DNA of 64,000 nucleotides from Clostridia bacterium (GTDB lineage Bacteria; Bacillota; Clostridia; JAAYHZ01): positions 160,001 to 224,000 of the forward strand of contig JBMNIH010000007.1 in NCBI GenBank assembly GCA_050950825.1, read 5' to 3'. Made by a program: the position numbers and the translations under genes. How positions within the stretch are numbered: the stretch's first letter is position 1; each line of letters opens with the position of its first letter. Below the pieces are notes generated by a model. The model was not told where the DNA came from and searched no databases. It saw only the letters and a list, made by a program, of their open reading frames with translations. Of this stretch, positions 31,062 through 43,426 are shown one piece after another.

Positions 31062-32885
31062 GTGATGGCGTTGTTCAAGAAATTCATCGAAAATGTTTCC
31101 CTTATAAAACGCGGTGTTAAAATGCTGTTTCAAATAGAGAAAACCTATATGATTTTGTTGATTTTAACATCGGTGATATCGGTCATCCCGAACTATATAA
31201 ACATTTATTTCATGGCAAAAATAGTCGACGAATTGGTCGAGGGGAAAAATATAAATCGCATAATCCTGTATGTGCTCGTTACCTTGATCGGAAATTTTGT
31301 GTTGTCTTTGCTTATCGGCGGATTAACGCAGCTTCGCGGTTACCGGCACAACCAATTCTTTAAAAACGAGCAAATGTTTCTTGCCGACAAGCTTTTATCC
31401 ATGGATTACAGTGATATTGAAAACAGAGAGACGAAAATGCTGTTTGAACAGATAAAAGCGGAAAGCCGTTCAGGGTATAATACCTTTTACCTATACACAT
31501 ATTTCGGATCTTTAATTACAAGCGTTTCCAATATCATCGCATCCTTTCTTCTGACGTTTAACTTGTTTTTCGCTGCCGATATCTCAATCGCCGGCAAGCT
31601 GCTTTCGGTTGCTTTTATCATCCTTACGATATGCATTAATTTTTATACGACGAAAAAGCAGAATGAATATAATTACATCATGTCGGCAAAAAACGTTATT
31701 TCCAATGCTTTTTCAAATTTTTATGACGGTTTTTACAGCGATTATAATGCCGGGAAAGACGTAAGAATCTATCAAATGGAGAATTTCGCTGCTGCCGAAC
31801 ATCAAAAACAATGCGAATATTCATATAACCTGATCATGGAGAACAGAAAAAAGACTCTTCCCTTCATTCTTACGAATAGCATTTGTAATGATGTACTCAA
31901 TCTTGTGATTTACCTATTTATAATCCGGGCTTGTGTTGCAGGAAGCGTTACCATAGGAAGCATTGCGAAATACATAACCGGTATCACGCTTTTCATCAAC
32001 GCAACGAAGGGACTCATTTCGCAAACGCAGTCTTTGTTTAATAATAATAAGTACTTGGTTCGATATTTTTCGTTTTTGGATATTCCGTCAAAAATGAGCC
32101 AAGGCGAGCGGCATCTTTACTTTTTACCGAATAAAGACCACATATTGGAGTTCCGCAATGTCTCGTTCAAATATTCGGGTTCGAATGCATACGCCGTAAA
32201 AAATCTGAATTTAAAAATAAACTTCGGTGAAAAAACCGCGATTGTGGGATTAAACGGAAGCGGGAAAACCACTTTTGTGAAACTGCTTTGTCGATTGTAT
32301 GATCCTACCGAAGGTGAAATCTTGCTGGACGGGGTCAATATCAAGAACTACAGATATGAGGAGTATAAGGCACTTTTCTCGATCATCTTTCAGGATTTTA
32401 AGCTTTTCGCCTATCCGTTGGCTCAAAACATCGCGTGCAGTATGAGCTATTCGGCAGAGCGTGTCCATGAATGCTTGGATAAAGCGGGATTCGGCAACAG
32501 GCTTGCCGCAATGAATAACGGCATCGAAACCTGTTTGTATAAAGACTTCGACCGGGACGGCGTTGAAATTTCGGGAGGGGAAGCACAAAAAATAGCATTC
32601 GCAAGATCTTTATACAAGGACGCTCCCATATTGATTTTTGACGAGCCTACCGCCGCCCTCGACCCCATTGCGGAATACGAATTCTATTTGCATCTGAATG
32701 ATACGGTCGGCGATAAAATGGCCATTTACATATCTCACCGTATGGCTTCATGCAGATTTTGCGATCATATCATTGTATTTAACGACGGTGAAATCGTCCA
32801 AAAAGGCAACCACGAATCCCTTTTGAGAGACGAAAGCGGTAAATATTTTGAGCTTTGGAACGCGCAGGCGCAATATTATGTTTAA
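31062..32885 (+). CDS. ABC exporter, fused permease and ATPase (partner subunit)
   Basis: GLNGSGKTT, ISGGEAQK, LIFDEPT, SHR. Confidence 0.92.
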   Translation: MMALFKKFIENVSLIKRGVKMLFQIEKTYMILLILTSVISVIPNYINIYFMAKIVDELVEGKNINRIILYVLVTLIGNFVLSLLIGGLTQLRGYRHNQFFKNEQMFLADKLLSMDYSDIENRETKMLFEQIKAESRSGYNTFYLYTYFGSLITSVSNIIASFLLTFNLFFAADISIAGKLLSVAFIILTICINFYTTKKQNEYNYIMSAKNVISNAFSNFYDGFYSDYNAGKDVRIYQMENFAAAEHQKQCEYSYNLIMENRKKTLPFILTNSICNDVLNLVIYLFIIRACVAGSVTIGSIAKYITGITLFINATKGLISQTQSLFNNNKYLVRYFSFLDIPSKMSQGERHLYFLPNKDHILEFRNVSFKYSGSNAYAVKNLNLKINFGEKTAIVGLNGSGKTTFVKLLCRLYDPTEGEILLDGVNIKNYRYEEYKALFSIIFQDFKLFAYPLAQNIACSMSYSAERVHECLDKAGFGNRLAAMNNGIETCLYKDFDRDGVEISGGEAQKIAFARSLYKDAPILIFDEPTAALDPIAEYEFYLHLNDTVGDKMAIYISHRMASCRFCDHIIVFNDGEIVQKGNHESLLRDESGKYFELWNAQAQYYV

Positions 32886-32923
32886 TATAAAAAACATACG
32901 GAACAAATGATGTCTTTAAAAGA

Positions 32924-32952
32924 ACGGCCAAGAGTACCGTACTCTTGGCCGT
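32924..32952. terminator. Perfect 14-bp inverted repeat between convergent genes
   Basis: ACGGCCAAGAGTAC-C-GTACTCTTGGCCGT; T-rich tail on the minus strand. Confidence 0.65.
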
Positions 32953-32980
32953 AGTCGTAAAATGCTCTTTGCAGCAAGAT

Positions 32981-34201
32981 TTAAGCTTTTTTTGCTTTCG
33001 TTTTAACAAGCAGAACCAGAACAACGCTGACAAGGGCACAGCCTGCGGCAATGATAAAGGCAGGGGTCATTAAAGAGATGTCCTGAGCCGCTACGTTTTT
33101 ATAATGTCCGGCAATATAGGATGAAACGACGGCACCGAGTCCGAATCCGGTCAATACCATTCCGTAATTGGTAGCCATGTGGGTAGGTCCGAAAAGCACG
33201 GCTGTCAGGGTAGGGTAATTGCTCAAAAAACCGCCGTAGAAGAATCCGATCAATCCGATCAGGACGTATATAAAATAGCCGTTGGCATTGTTGACTAATA
33301 TGGAGAGAACTCCGGAGCCGATGAGAAGAACCAAAATGGTTTTCTTCGGACCCAGTTTGTCGGCGACAACACCCCAAGTCAAGCGGCCGAAGGAATTGCA
33401 CATGGATATGACCAAAACACCGATGGTCGCCGTTTCGCCCAAGCCTTTGGCAACGGCAATGGGTTTGGCAAATCCGATCATCATCAACCCTCCCATACAA
33501 GCCAATGCCATGGAGATCGTGATCAAATAGAAACGGGCATCTTTCAATACTTGACCGGGAGACATGTTGTTGGGGTCATTAGCAAGAGCCGATTCTTTTT
33601 TGCTTTGCTCGCTATTTTCCGGCGGGTTTTTAAGAACAAGTCCCCCCAATGTGCAAACAACGAAAAAGATACCGCTTAGTACCGCAAATGTTTTCAGTTC
33701 GCCTACACCTTGGCCGCCGAAGTTTTTAATCAAGCGTTCAACGATGGGCGTGAAAACAACACCGCCAAAACCTAAGGCGGAAACAATCAAGCCTGTGACC
33801 AAACCTTTCTTTTCAGGATACCATTTTTGAGCGCATGCGATGGTGGTGGAATATGTAAAGCCCATGCCGACACCACCCATAAGCCCGTAGCCTAACCATA
33901 AAATCCAGTAGGCGGACGGTGTGGTAAAGGATGCGAGCAAAAAGCCTGCACTTAAAATAATACCGCCTATAATCACGATGACACGGACGGAAAATTTCGC
34001 CGCAAGCTTTCCTCCTATAACGCTTCCTACGGTAAGCGTGGCTAACAACAGTGAAAAGGCAAGACCGGCAGCGGCATTGTCGCCGTTAAATATGCTGATT
34101 GCAATACCGGTCTGAAAGACACTCCAAATGTACGCCACACCGAGGCAAAGCTGGATGGCTATGGATGCTACGATGGGTATGATTCGTTGATACGTCTTCA
34201 T
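32981..34201 (-). CDS. OFA-family (oxalate:formate antiporter-like) MFS transporter
   Basis: QLCLGVAYIWSVF, KWYPEKKGLVTG, GRLTWG..ADKLG, FGP.H..TNYG. Confidence 0.87.
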   Translation of the reverse strand: MKTYQRIIPIVASIAIQLCLGVAYIWSVFQTGIAISIFNGDNAAAGLAFSLLLATLTVGSVIGGKLAAKFSVRVIVIIGGIILSAGFLLASFTTPSAYWILWLGYGLMGGVGMGFTYSTTIACAQKWYPEKKGLVTGLIVSALGFGGVVFTPIVERLIKNFGGQGVGELKTFAVLSGIFFVVCTLGGLVLKNPPENSEQSKKESALANDPNNMSPGQVLKDARFYLITISMALACMGGLMMIGFAKPIAVAKGLGETATIGVLVISMCNSFGRLTWGVVADKLGPKKTILVLLIGSGVLSILVNNANGYFIYVLIGLIGFFYGGFLSNYPTLTAVLFGPTHMATNYGMVLTGFGLGAVVSSYIAGHYKNVAAQDISLMTPAFIIAAGCALVSVVLVLLVKTKAKKA

Positions 34202-34448
34202 ATGATCCTCCTAATAAATATGTAAAAGGGCTGTTTAAGCATATTAGATGCTATAGTAAAGGAGACTTGGCCTTTCGTCAATAGTAAAATGTTTTATTTT
34301 ACGAACAATTTTTGCATAAATATGCTTTTTTCTATGTATATTGTTTAGCCGGAGCTTTCATACGTCTTTCTTTATTGTTTCCATCATGCATAGTTCCGAC
34401 GGATACTGCAAAAAATATGCATGATTACATTGATGAGGAGATGACATT

Positions 34449-34901
34449 ATGCATTTTTGTTTACCGGCTACCGGCATACGAATTTGGCTTAACACCGATC
34501 CGCACGTGAATAATTCCATATTGGAAGGAGTAATCAATAATATTCGTTATTACATGAACAGAAGCAAAGACGAAATTATCGAAAGGCAATTGGAATTGGA
34601 CGAAGAATGGGATATTGAACGGGTCGTTGAAACCGGTGCGGGAGCATTGACGGTTCTCGGAGCCCTTATGACTTGGATTACCGAAAACAAAGGGTGGGCG
34701 ATTTTGATGGGAATAAGCGGTGCTCTTTTGCTGCAGCATGCACTCCATGGCCGGACTCCCGTATTGTCTTGTATTCGTAAAAACGGTATTCGAACACAAA
34801 CGGAGATCATGGCGGAAAAAACGCTTTTGGAAGTACTGAAGGAAGATCCCCAATTATTAACCGAGGAAAGAATCCGCGAAATCGTAAGAAGCGTAATATA
34901 A
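34449..34901 (+). CDS. Membrane protein, DUF2892/YgaP-like
   Basis: LDEEWDIERVVE, two hydrophobic helices, LLQHAL.G; GAGGAG RBS. Confidence 0.65.
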   Translation: MHFCLPATGIRIWLNTDPHVNNSILEGVINNIRYYMNRSKDEIIERQLELDEEWDIERVVETGAGALTVLGALMTWITENKGWAILMGISGALLLQHALHGRTPVLSCIRKNGIRTQTEIMAEKTLLEVLKEDPQLLTEERIREIVRSVI

Positions 34902-34917
34902 ATATATGGATTTTGAT

Positions 34918-34944
34918 AAGGGCCAAAAAAAGGCCCTTTTTTTG
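34918..34944 (+). terminator. Intrinsic terminator
   Basis: AAGGGCC-loop-GGCCCTT followed by a T run. Confidence 0.75.
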
Positions 34945-34981
34945 TACAAGGCTTCTTTAACAAAATTGTAAAACAAGCGAC

Positions 34982-35010
34982 TTGTCCAAGATTGCCGTAT
35001 AAGGTATAAT
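34982..35010 (+). promoter_or_regulatory. SigA-like promoter
   Basis: TTGTCC-17 bp-TATAAT. Confidence 0.65.
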
Positions 35011-35016
35011 AAACCC

Positions 35017-35129
35017 ATGTGGGTAAATTAGGTAACGGATATTAAAAGGCGGCATGCAAACGACGGATCCTAAAACCGATGGGGGGAAATTCGGGAAGTC
35101 GATAGGGTCATGCGTTTCCCACATTTTTT
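35017..35129 (+). ncRNA. Candidate structured RNA (sRNA or cis leader), family not recognised
   Basis: Begins at the predicted +1; 5' ATGTGGG pairs with CCCACAT followed by a T run; nested stems GCATG/CATGC and ATCCT/AGGGT. Confidence 0.45.
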
Positions 35130-35218
35130 GAATCGGAGCAAATATTCTATTCTTTTGTTTCATTGGAACTGAATAGGTTTGTGTCCGAAGTTTTTTATTT
35201 ATCTTAATGGAGGGAAAT

Positions 35219-36838
35219 ATGAAAAGGGTAAAAAAGGGGATTTTGTACATATCTATTATCATGCTTATGTTTTCCATGATCATTACGGAGCCTGTTCCGG
35301 TTCATGCCTATATAAACGTGCCGAGTACGGTCCGAGTAGGCATCTATTATGTGAACTCCTACCAAAACACAACCGTAACAAGCTTTACCGCATCGGCGTC
35401 AGGGGGAATTAATGTAGGCGTGAATATCAGCGGCAGTTATTATCCTCTGTACGAGCATTACGGCTCCGATAACTTAAGCGTATTCTTGGATTCACCCGGA
35501 AGCAAATACTTTGTGCGCATCGGAGGAGTCTATTCCGATCGTAATTCGGCGGTTTCCGTTTTAAATATATGCAAAGCCAACGGTCTGCCTGCGTACCTGG
35601 TGTTCGACAACAACTGGCAGGTTTGGGCCGGTTGCTTTAACGACGCGGCTTCCGCAAGCAATGCCGCAACCGGCACATATGCTTCGAAAACGGGAGGCCA
35701 GCCCGTAACCGTTGTTACGTCACCGGTGAGAGACTTAAGAGTTACCCGATCCGACGGAACCGTGGTAGCGGTGTTGGTGAATTGCTCCGGCAACTTCCGA
35801 ATCAATCCTAACAATTCCTACGACGTCGTTCGAATCAACGGAAAAGGCTATCGCGGCTACATCGACTGCTTCCGCTATTCCGACTCCCATATTACCGTGG
35901 TAAACGTTGTGGATTTCGAGGAGTATTTATACGGGGTGGTTCCTAATGAAATCGAAGGGGCTTCTCATCCGGAGGCTTTAAAGGCTCAAGCGGTGGCCGC
36001 AAGAACCTATTCGATCACCCAATTGGGCAAGCATATGAAATACGGATTCGACTTGTGCAACTCCGAATGCTGCCAAGTGTATAAAGGGTACGACAGCGAA
36101 TATCCGACCACCAATGTTGCCGTTGATCAAACAAGAGGGGAGGTTGTTACCTTCCTAGGCGAGCCGGCCACCATCTACTATTTCGCATCAAGCGGCGGTA
36201 TGACGGAAAATTCGGAAAATGTCTGGTATTCGCAGGTTCCATACTTAAGAGCCGTGGAAGATCCTTACGAATCTCCTTCCTATGCGTACTCGAATTGGAG
36301 CTATGAATACACTCCGCAGCAGATTAAGCAAATGCTAATCGATAAAGGCTACAATATCGGTGATATTCTTAATATCGAAATATCCCAAGTGACCGAATCC
36401 GGCCGCGCATTGGAATTAATCGTCACGGGAACCCAAGGAAAGGCGATTTTCACCAAGGAAAAGACCAGACTAATGACGTCGCCTTCGCTGCCGAGCCAAA
36501 AGTTTTACATAGCCAACGACGCGGTATTGACGGTACAAAACGGGGAACACCAGATTTTATCCATTGATCCCGGGTCCGTCCGTATACAAACCTCTTTAAC
36601 AAGCTATACTACAATTGATGCAAGAACGGCGGGCTTGACCGTTGCGGGAGCAAATTTGACTTTGGAATACGTGCATTTTAACGGCAGTCCTTCTACGTAT
36701 ATCTTTATCGGAAAAGGAAAGGGACACGGTATCGGTATGAGCCAAGTAGGGGCAAAAGGATTGGCGGAAAACGGATATACCTACAGACAAATCCTTACCC
36801 ACTACTTCCAAGGTACCGAGATTCAAGCCTTGTCATAA
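35219..36838 (+). CDS. SpoIID/LytB-domain protein
   Basis: Signal peptide; EEYLYGVVPNE, EALKAQAVAARTY, CCQVY.G, GHGIGMSQ.GA. Confidence 0.9.
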   Translation: MKRVKKGILYISIIMLMFSMIITEPVPVHAYINVPSTVRVGIYYVNSYQNTTVTSFTASASGGINVGVNISGSYYPLYEHYGSDNLSVFLDSPGSKYFVRIGGVYSDRNSAVSVLNICKANGLPAYLVFDNNWQVWAGCFNDAASASNAATGTYASKTGGQPVTVVTSPVRDLRVTRSDGTVVAVLVNCSGNFRINPNNSYDVVRINGKGYRGYIDCFRYSDSHITVVNVVDFEEYLYGVVPNEIEGASHPEALKAQAVAARTYSITQLGKHMKYGFDLCNSECCQVYKGYDSEYPTTNVAVDQTRGEVVTFLGEPATIYYFASSGGMTENSENVWYSQVPYLRAVEDPYESPSYAYSNWSYEYTPQQIKQMLIDKGYNIGDILNIEISQVTESGRALELIVTGTQGKAIFTKEKTRLMTSPSLPSQKFYIANDAVLTVQNGEHQILSIDPGSVRIQTSLTSYTTIDARTAGLTVAGANLTLEYVHFNGSPSTYIFIGKGKGHGIGMSQVGAKGLAENGYTYRQILTHYFQGTEIQALS

Positions 36839-36862
36839 AGGCGGTAGGTAAAAAACAATATC

Positions 36863-39132
<2,270 letters not shown>

Positions 39133-39162
39133 TAAATAGTTAAAATTGGAGGTACAAAATTT

Positions 39163-39507
39163 ATGAATTGGTTTTTAACCAGGGTGTATGCGGAAACGGC
39201 AGGCACGGCACCTGTTGAAGAAGTAAGTATGGGAAGTTATTTATTATCGATGCTGCTGCCGGTAGCCATCATTATCGGCCTTATGTATCTTATGGTATTT
39301 CGTCCCCAGAAGAAAAAAGAAAATGCTTTGAGGGATATGATTAACAACCTGAAGGTGGGAGATGAAATAACCACCATCGGCGGTATTGTAGGCAAAGTCG
39401 TAGCGATCAAAGACGAAGAAGTAACCATTGAATCGTCCATTGAAAGAACCAAAATCCAAATGAACAAATACGCCATCAAAGACGTAAAGCAATACGAAAA
39501 AGCTTAA
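39163..39507 (+). CDS. yajC: Preprotein translocase subunit YajC
   Basis: FRPQKK, LKVGDEITTIGGIVG; follows tgt. Confidence 0.93.
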   Translation: MNWFLTRVYAETAGTAPVEEVSMGSYLLSMLLPVAIIIGLMYLMVFRPQKKKENALRDMINNLKVGDEITTIGGIVGKVVAIKDEEVTIESSIERTKIQMNKYAIKDVKQYEKA

Positions 39508-39551
39508 AAACCTACAATAAAAAGAAAAACATTGGAAAAGAGAAAACCGGC

Positions 39552-39989
39552 TTACGCCGGTTTTTTGGCATTTGTTTTTCCTATGAAGGTACGGTTTCTT
39601 TTTGCCCTTTTATGGTCCATTCGGTTAATGCATAAAATTCCGCCTATGGTTCCCGCCGCAGCGCCGATGACCAAAAGAAACAGGGTATTGTAGCCCACGG
39701 AAAAATCCTTATTCATTACGGAGCTTATGATATAGAGGATGATGATATAGAGCAGGCCGCACCAACAGCCGACGGAGGCTTTTTTCTGTCGGCTGAACAA
39801 AACGGCGGCATAGCCCGCTATGGGAACACTGATAATCAATCCGACCAATGTTGCAGGATACGTGTATTTGTTCGGAGACTCGAAGGTGGACATCAGGATG
39901 GAAAAGCCGGCATACAAAATGACAATGGCCGTGATTCCGGCTAAAAGCCCTTTCAATATCGCTACCAGACCGCTTGTAAATTTATTCAT
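39552..39989 (-). CDS. Four-helix membrane protein (TIGR04086-like)
   Basis: Four hydrophobic helices, GLLYIIIL, GTIGGIL; next to yajC. Confidence 0.6.
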   Translation of the reverse strand: MNKFTSGLVAILKGLLAGITAIVILYAGFSILMSTFESPNKYTYPATLVGLIISVPIAGYAAVLFSRQKKASVGCWCGLLYIIILYIISSVMNKDFSVGYNTLFLLVIGAAAGTIGGILCINRMDHKRAKRNRTFIGKTNAKKPA

Positions 39990-40131
39990 ACAATCCCTCT
40001 TGTTCTTTCATTGTTATTAATACTTATGGCATGGCAAAAGGATTTATGACTTGTCTTTTTGAGGAAATCGTTTTGTACGGCGGGAAATTTGAGTATAATA
40101 ATGGTAACGAATGAGAATGAGAGGGATCCGT

Positions 40132-41613
40132 ATGAATAAATATATTCTATCGCTGGACCAAGGAACCACCGCTTGCCGGTCGGTGATTTTTGACTTAAAC
40201 GGCCGATTCGTTGCCATCTCCAAAAAGGAATTCAGGCAGATCTATCCGAAACCCGGGTGGGTGGAACACGACCCGATGGAGATATTGGAAACCCAACTGG
40301 AAACCGTAAGAGAAGCGGTAAAATCGGCAGGTATCGAATTTGATCAAATAATGTCCATCGGAATCACCAACCAAAGGGAAACGACGATCGTATGGGACAA
40401 GGATACGGGAAAACCCGTATACAACGCCATTGTATGGCAGTGCAGGCGAACCGCCGACATCTGCCGGCAAATGCTGGCATCCGGTATGGAAGAATATATC
40501 CGAAACAATACCGGGTTGGTGATCGATGCCTATTTCAGCGCCACCAAGCTTAAATGGATCTTGGATAACGTACCGGGAGCAAGAGAAAAAGCTCTTTCGG
40601 GAAAGCTTTTATTCGGTACGGTGGATACTTGGCTTTTATGGAACTTATCTTCCGGTAAATGCCACATGACCGATTATTCCAACGCTTCGAGAACCATGAT
40701 GTACAACATCAAGAAGCTGCAATGGGACAAGGACATATTAAAAGAATTGGACATTCCGGAAAGCATGCTGCCCTCCGTTCACCCCTCTTCTTACGCTTAC
40801 GGCAGTACGAAAAAAGAGCTATTCGGCGTATCCATACCCGTAGGAGGCATAGCGGGAGACCAGCAGGCCGCTTTGTTCGGACAAACCTGTTTTTGCGAGG
40901 GAGAGATCAAAAACACTTACGGTACCGGCTGCTTTATTCTCATGAATACCGGTAAAAAACCGGTGGTCTCTCAAAACGGTTTAATTACGACTCTTTGCGC
41001 TACCGACGGAGAAATCCAATACGCATTGGAAGGAAGCATCTTTACCGCGGGATCGGTAATCAAATGGCTTCGAGACCGGTTAGGCATTATATCAACCGCC
41101 GAGGAAAGTGAAAAAATGGCGAAGGAAGTAAAGGATACTAACGGCGTCGTGTTTGTACCGGCTTTCGTGGGCTTGGGTACCCCGTATTGGGATATGGGAG
41201 CAAGAGGAACCATCGTAGGCATTACGGAGGGCGTTAACAAAAACCATATCGTAAGAGCCGCATTGGAGTCCATTGCATGGCAGTCCGTGGATGTGATCCG
41301 ATTGATGGAGAAGGAGGCAGGCGTTCAAATCCCCAAATTGAGAGTGGACGGCGGGGCCAGCGCCAATGATTTTCTTATGCAGTTCCAAGCGGACACGGCT
41401 TCCGTAACCGTGGAACGACCCCTTATACGGGAAACCACCGCTTTAGGAGCGGCATACCTGGCAGGATTAAGTGCGGGAGCATACGATAAAGACAAGATTT
41501 GCACCGCTTGGGAAGCGGATGCCGTATTTACGCCGAAAAGATCCCGTTTGGAGGTCGAACGGGAATATGTACAATGGAAAAAAGCCGTATCAAGGGCAAC
41601 GGGGTGGTGTTAA
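40132..41613 (+). CDS. glpK: Glycerol kinase
   Basis: LDQGTT, GITNQRETT, YFSATK, TDYSNASRT, GDQQAALFG, KNTYGTGCF. Confidence 0.96.
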   Translation: MNKYILSLDQGTTACRSVIFDLNGRFVAISKKEFRQIYPKPGWVEHDPMEILETQLETVREAVKSAGIEFDQIMSIGITNQRETTIVWDKDTGKPVYNAIVWQCRRTADICRQMLASGMEEYIRNNTGLVIDAYFSATKLKWILDNVPGAREKALSGKLLFGTVDTWLLWNLSSGKCHMTDYSNASRTMMYNIKKLQWDKDILKELDIPESMLPSVHPSSYAYGSTKKELFGVSIPVGGIAGDQQAALFGQTCFCEGEIKNTYGTGCFILMNTGKKPVVSQNGLITTLCATDGEIQYALEGSIFTAGSVIKWLRDRLGIISTAEESEKMAKEVKDTNGVVFVPAFVGLGTPYWDMGARGTIVGITEGVNKNHIVRAALESIAWQSVDVIRLMEKEAGVQIPKLRVDGGASANDFLMQFQADTASVTVERPLIRETTALGAAYLAGLSAGAYDKDKICTAWEADAVFTPKRSRLEVEREYVQWKKAVSRATGWC

Positions 41614-41616
41614 AGC

Positions 41617-42312
41617 TTGAAAAAAATAATAAAGACCTTCTTGGTCCTTCTCATGACGGTATCCGGTATTGTTGCGATTCTTCTTTTGACGCTCCGGCTT
41701 TACGCTTACAACGTATCTTGGTATACGAGCCGTATGGACAAGCTGGGTGTCAGCTTGGAGACGGGTATGAGCATAGAAGACATTGAGAGGATTAATGTAA
41801 AGCTTACGGACTATTTAAAAGGAAAAACCGACGATATTCGCATAACGGCAAAGGTATACGGGGTCGAAAGAGAAGTATTCAATGAAAAAGAAAAGGCGCA
41901 TATGGTTGACGTACGTAAGCTTTTTGACCTGGTACGCATCCTGACTCCCTTATCCATCGTTCTTTTTGTATTATCCGCCTTTGCTTTGGCAAAGGGATAC
42001 GGCAAAAAGCTGTTTTACAAAGGGTTTCTTTTCATCGGCATTGTACCTTTTGCATTAATGGTTGTTCCGGTTATAGCCGCCTTCATTGACTTTCACGGCG
42101 TGTTTACGATTTTCCATGAGATTTTCTTTACCAACGAGTTGTGGATATTGGACCCGAGAACCGATATTTTAATTCAAATGATGCCCCAACCCTTTTTTGA
42201 AAGCACCGCACTTGCTTGGGGGATATCGGCGGGATTTTTCTTCATCCTCTTTGCCGTTGTCGGGATTACGGGGCTTTTGAAGTTAAAAGGGAAAAAGAAA
42301 AACATCCGATAA
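41617..42312 (+). CDS. Integral membrane protein (TIGR01906/DUF1461-like)
   Basis: HMVDVRKLF, FHEIFFTNELWILDP.TD.LIQMMPQPFF. Confidence 0.8.
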   Translation: MKKIIKTFLVLLMTVSGIVAILLLTLRLYAYNVSWYTSRMDKLGVSLETGMSIEDIERINVKLTDYLKGKTDDIRITAKVYGVEREVFNEKEKAHMVDVRKLFDLVRILTPLSIVLFVLSAFALAKGYGKKLFYKGFLFIGIVPFALMVVPVIAAFIDFHGVFTIFHEIFFTNELWILDPRTDILIQMMPQPFFESTALAWGISAGFFFILFAVVGITGLLKLKGKKKNIR

Positions 42313-42423
42313 CGGGAGGTCCGGAAGGAGAAAGCAAAGTTCATGTACAAACCCTTTCCTCTCTGTGCTATAATGAGAGATGATGGTCTTCTTGATATCA
42401 ATGGGTGATAGGAGTGAAACCGT

Positions 42424-43371
42424 ATGTATTATTTGGGTATTGATGTAGGAGGTATGTCCGTCAAGGTCGGTATCGTCGACGAGAAGGGCAACATTTTATT
42501 GAAAGACAAGTTCGAGACCGGAAGAGATCGAAGCTATGAAGAAATCATTCGGGATATTGGCGAGTTTTCCGTAAAGATGATTGAAAAGTCCGGAGTCGGC
42601 ATGGAAAACATTAAAAGCGTCGGTATCGGTATTCCCGGAACGCCGGACTGTAAAAACGGCCTGTTGGTTTATGCCAACAACTTAAGTTTTCGTAATGCCC
42701 CCTTCCGCGCAGACTTGAAGAAATACTTCGACTGCCCCATATACATTGACAACGACGCCAACGTAGCGGCGTTAGCGGAAGCCGTTGCGGGGGTTTGTAA
42801 GGGTGTTTCCGTTTCCATGACCATAACCTTAGGAACCGGTATCGGAAGCGGTTTGGTTATCGACGGTAAGATCTTTGGCGGCTTTAACTACGCGGCCCCT
42901 GAGATCGGCCACATGGTCATCGTTCAGGACGGATACCCTTGTACCTGCGGTCGATACGGCTGTTGGGAAGCGTACGCTTCGGCGACCGGCTTGATTCGTA
43001 TGACGAGAGAATACGCACAAAGATTCCCGGATTCCGAAATCCACCGCATTTGCGGCGGAGATTTATCAAAGGTAGACGCTCGTACGGCTTTCAAGGCGAA
43101 AAGAGCGGGAGATTTTGCGGCCAAGCTGGTTATTCAAGACTTTACAAAGTATTTGGCTACCGGAATCGTAAACTTAATCAACCTTTTCCAACCGGAAGTG
43201 TTGGCCGTAGGAGGCGGTCTTTCTCATGAGGGAGACTATTTAATGGACGATGTGAAGAAGATTGTGTACAGTGAAATTTACAGCAAGGACCCTGTACCTC
43301 AATGCCGAATTGAGTACGCGAAGATGGGAAATGACGCCGGTATTGTCGGTGCGGCATTCCTCGGACTCTAA
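42424..43371 (+). CDS. ROK-family sugar kinase (glucokinase-like)
   Basis: GIDVGG, DNDANVAALAE, TLGTGIG, EIGH, CTCGRYGCWE. Confidence 0.92.
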   Translation: MYYLGIDVGGMSVKVGIVDEKGNILLKDKFETGRDRSYEEIIRDIGEFSVKMIEKSGVGMENIKSVGIGIPGTPDCKNGLLVYANNLSFRNAPFRADLKKYFDCPIYIDNDANVAALAEAVAGVCKGVSVSMTITLGTGIGSGLVIDGKIFGGFNYAAPEIGHMVIVQDGYPCTCGRYGCWEAYASATGLIRMTREYAQRFPDSEIHRICGGDLSKVDARTAFKAKRAGDFAAKLVIQDFTKYLATGIVNLINLFQPEVLAVGGGLSHEGDYLMDDVKKIVYSEIYSKDPVPQCRIEYAKMGNDAGIVGAAFLGL

Positions 43372-43426
43372 AAACGTGGTAAAATAAATATCAATAAAAT
43401 ATAAGCATAACAAACGGAGGTAATTT

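Noticed and set aside
35017-35129. c-di-GMP-I riboswitch call (GGTAAA, GCAAA, CCTAA fragments)
   Set aside because: No proper GNRA-capped P2 stem and spacing does not fit; kept only as an unassigned RNA candidate
42317-42329. AGGTCCGGAAGGA resembling the SRP RNA domain IV core
   Set aside because: Lacks the flanking TC and AGCAGC bases and any long enclosing helix; the intergenic space also holds the next promoter
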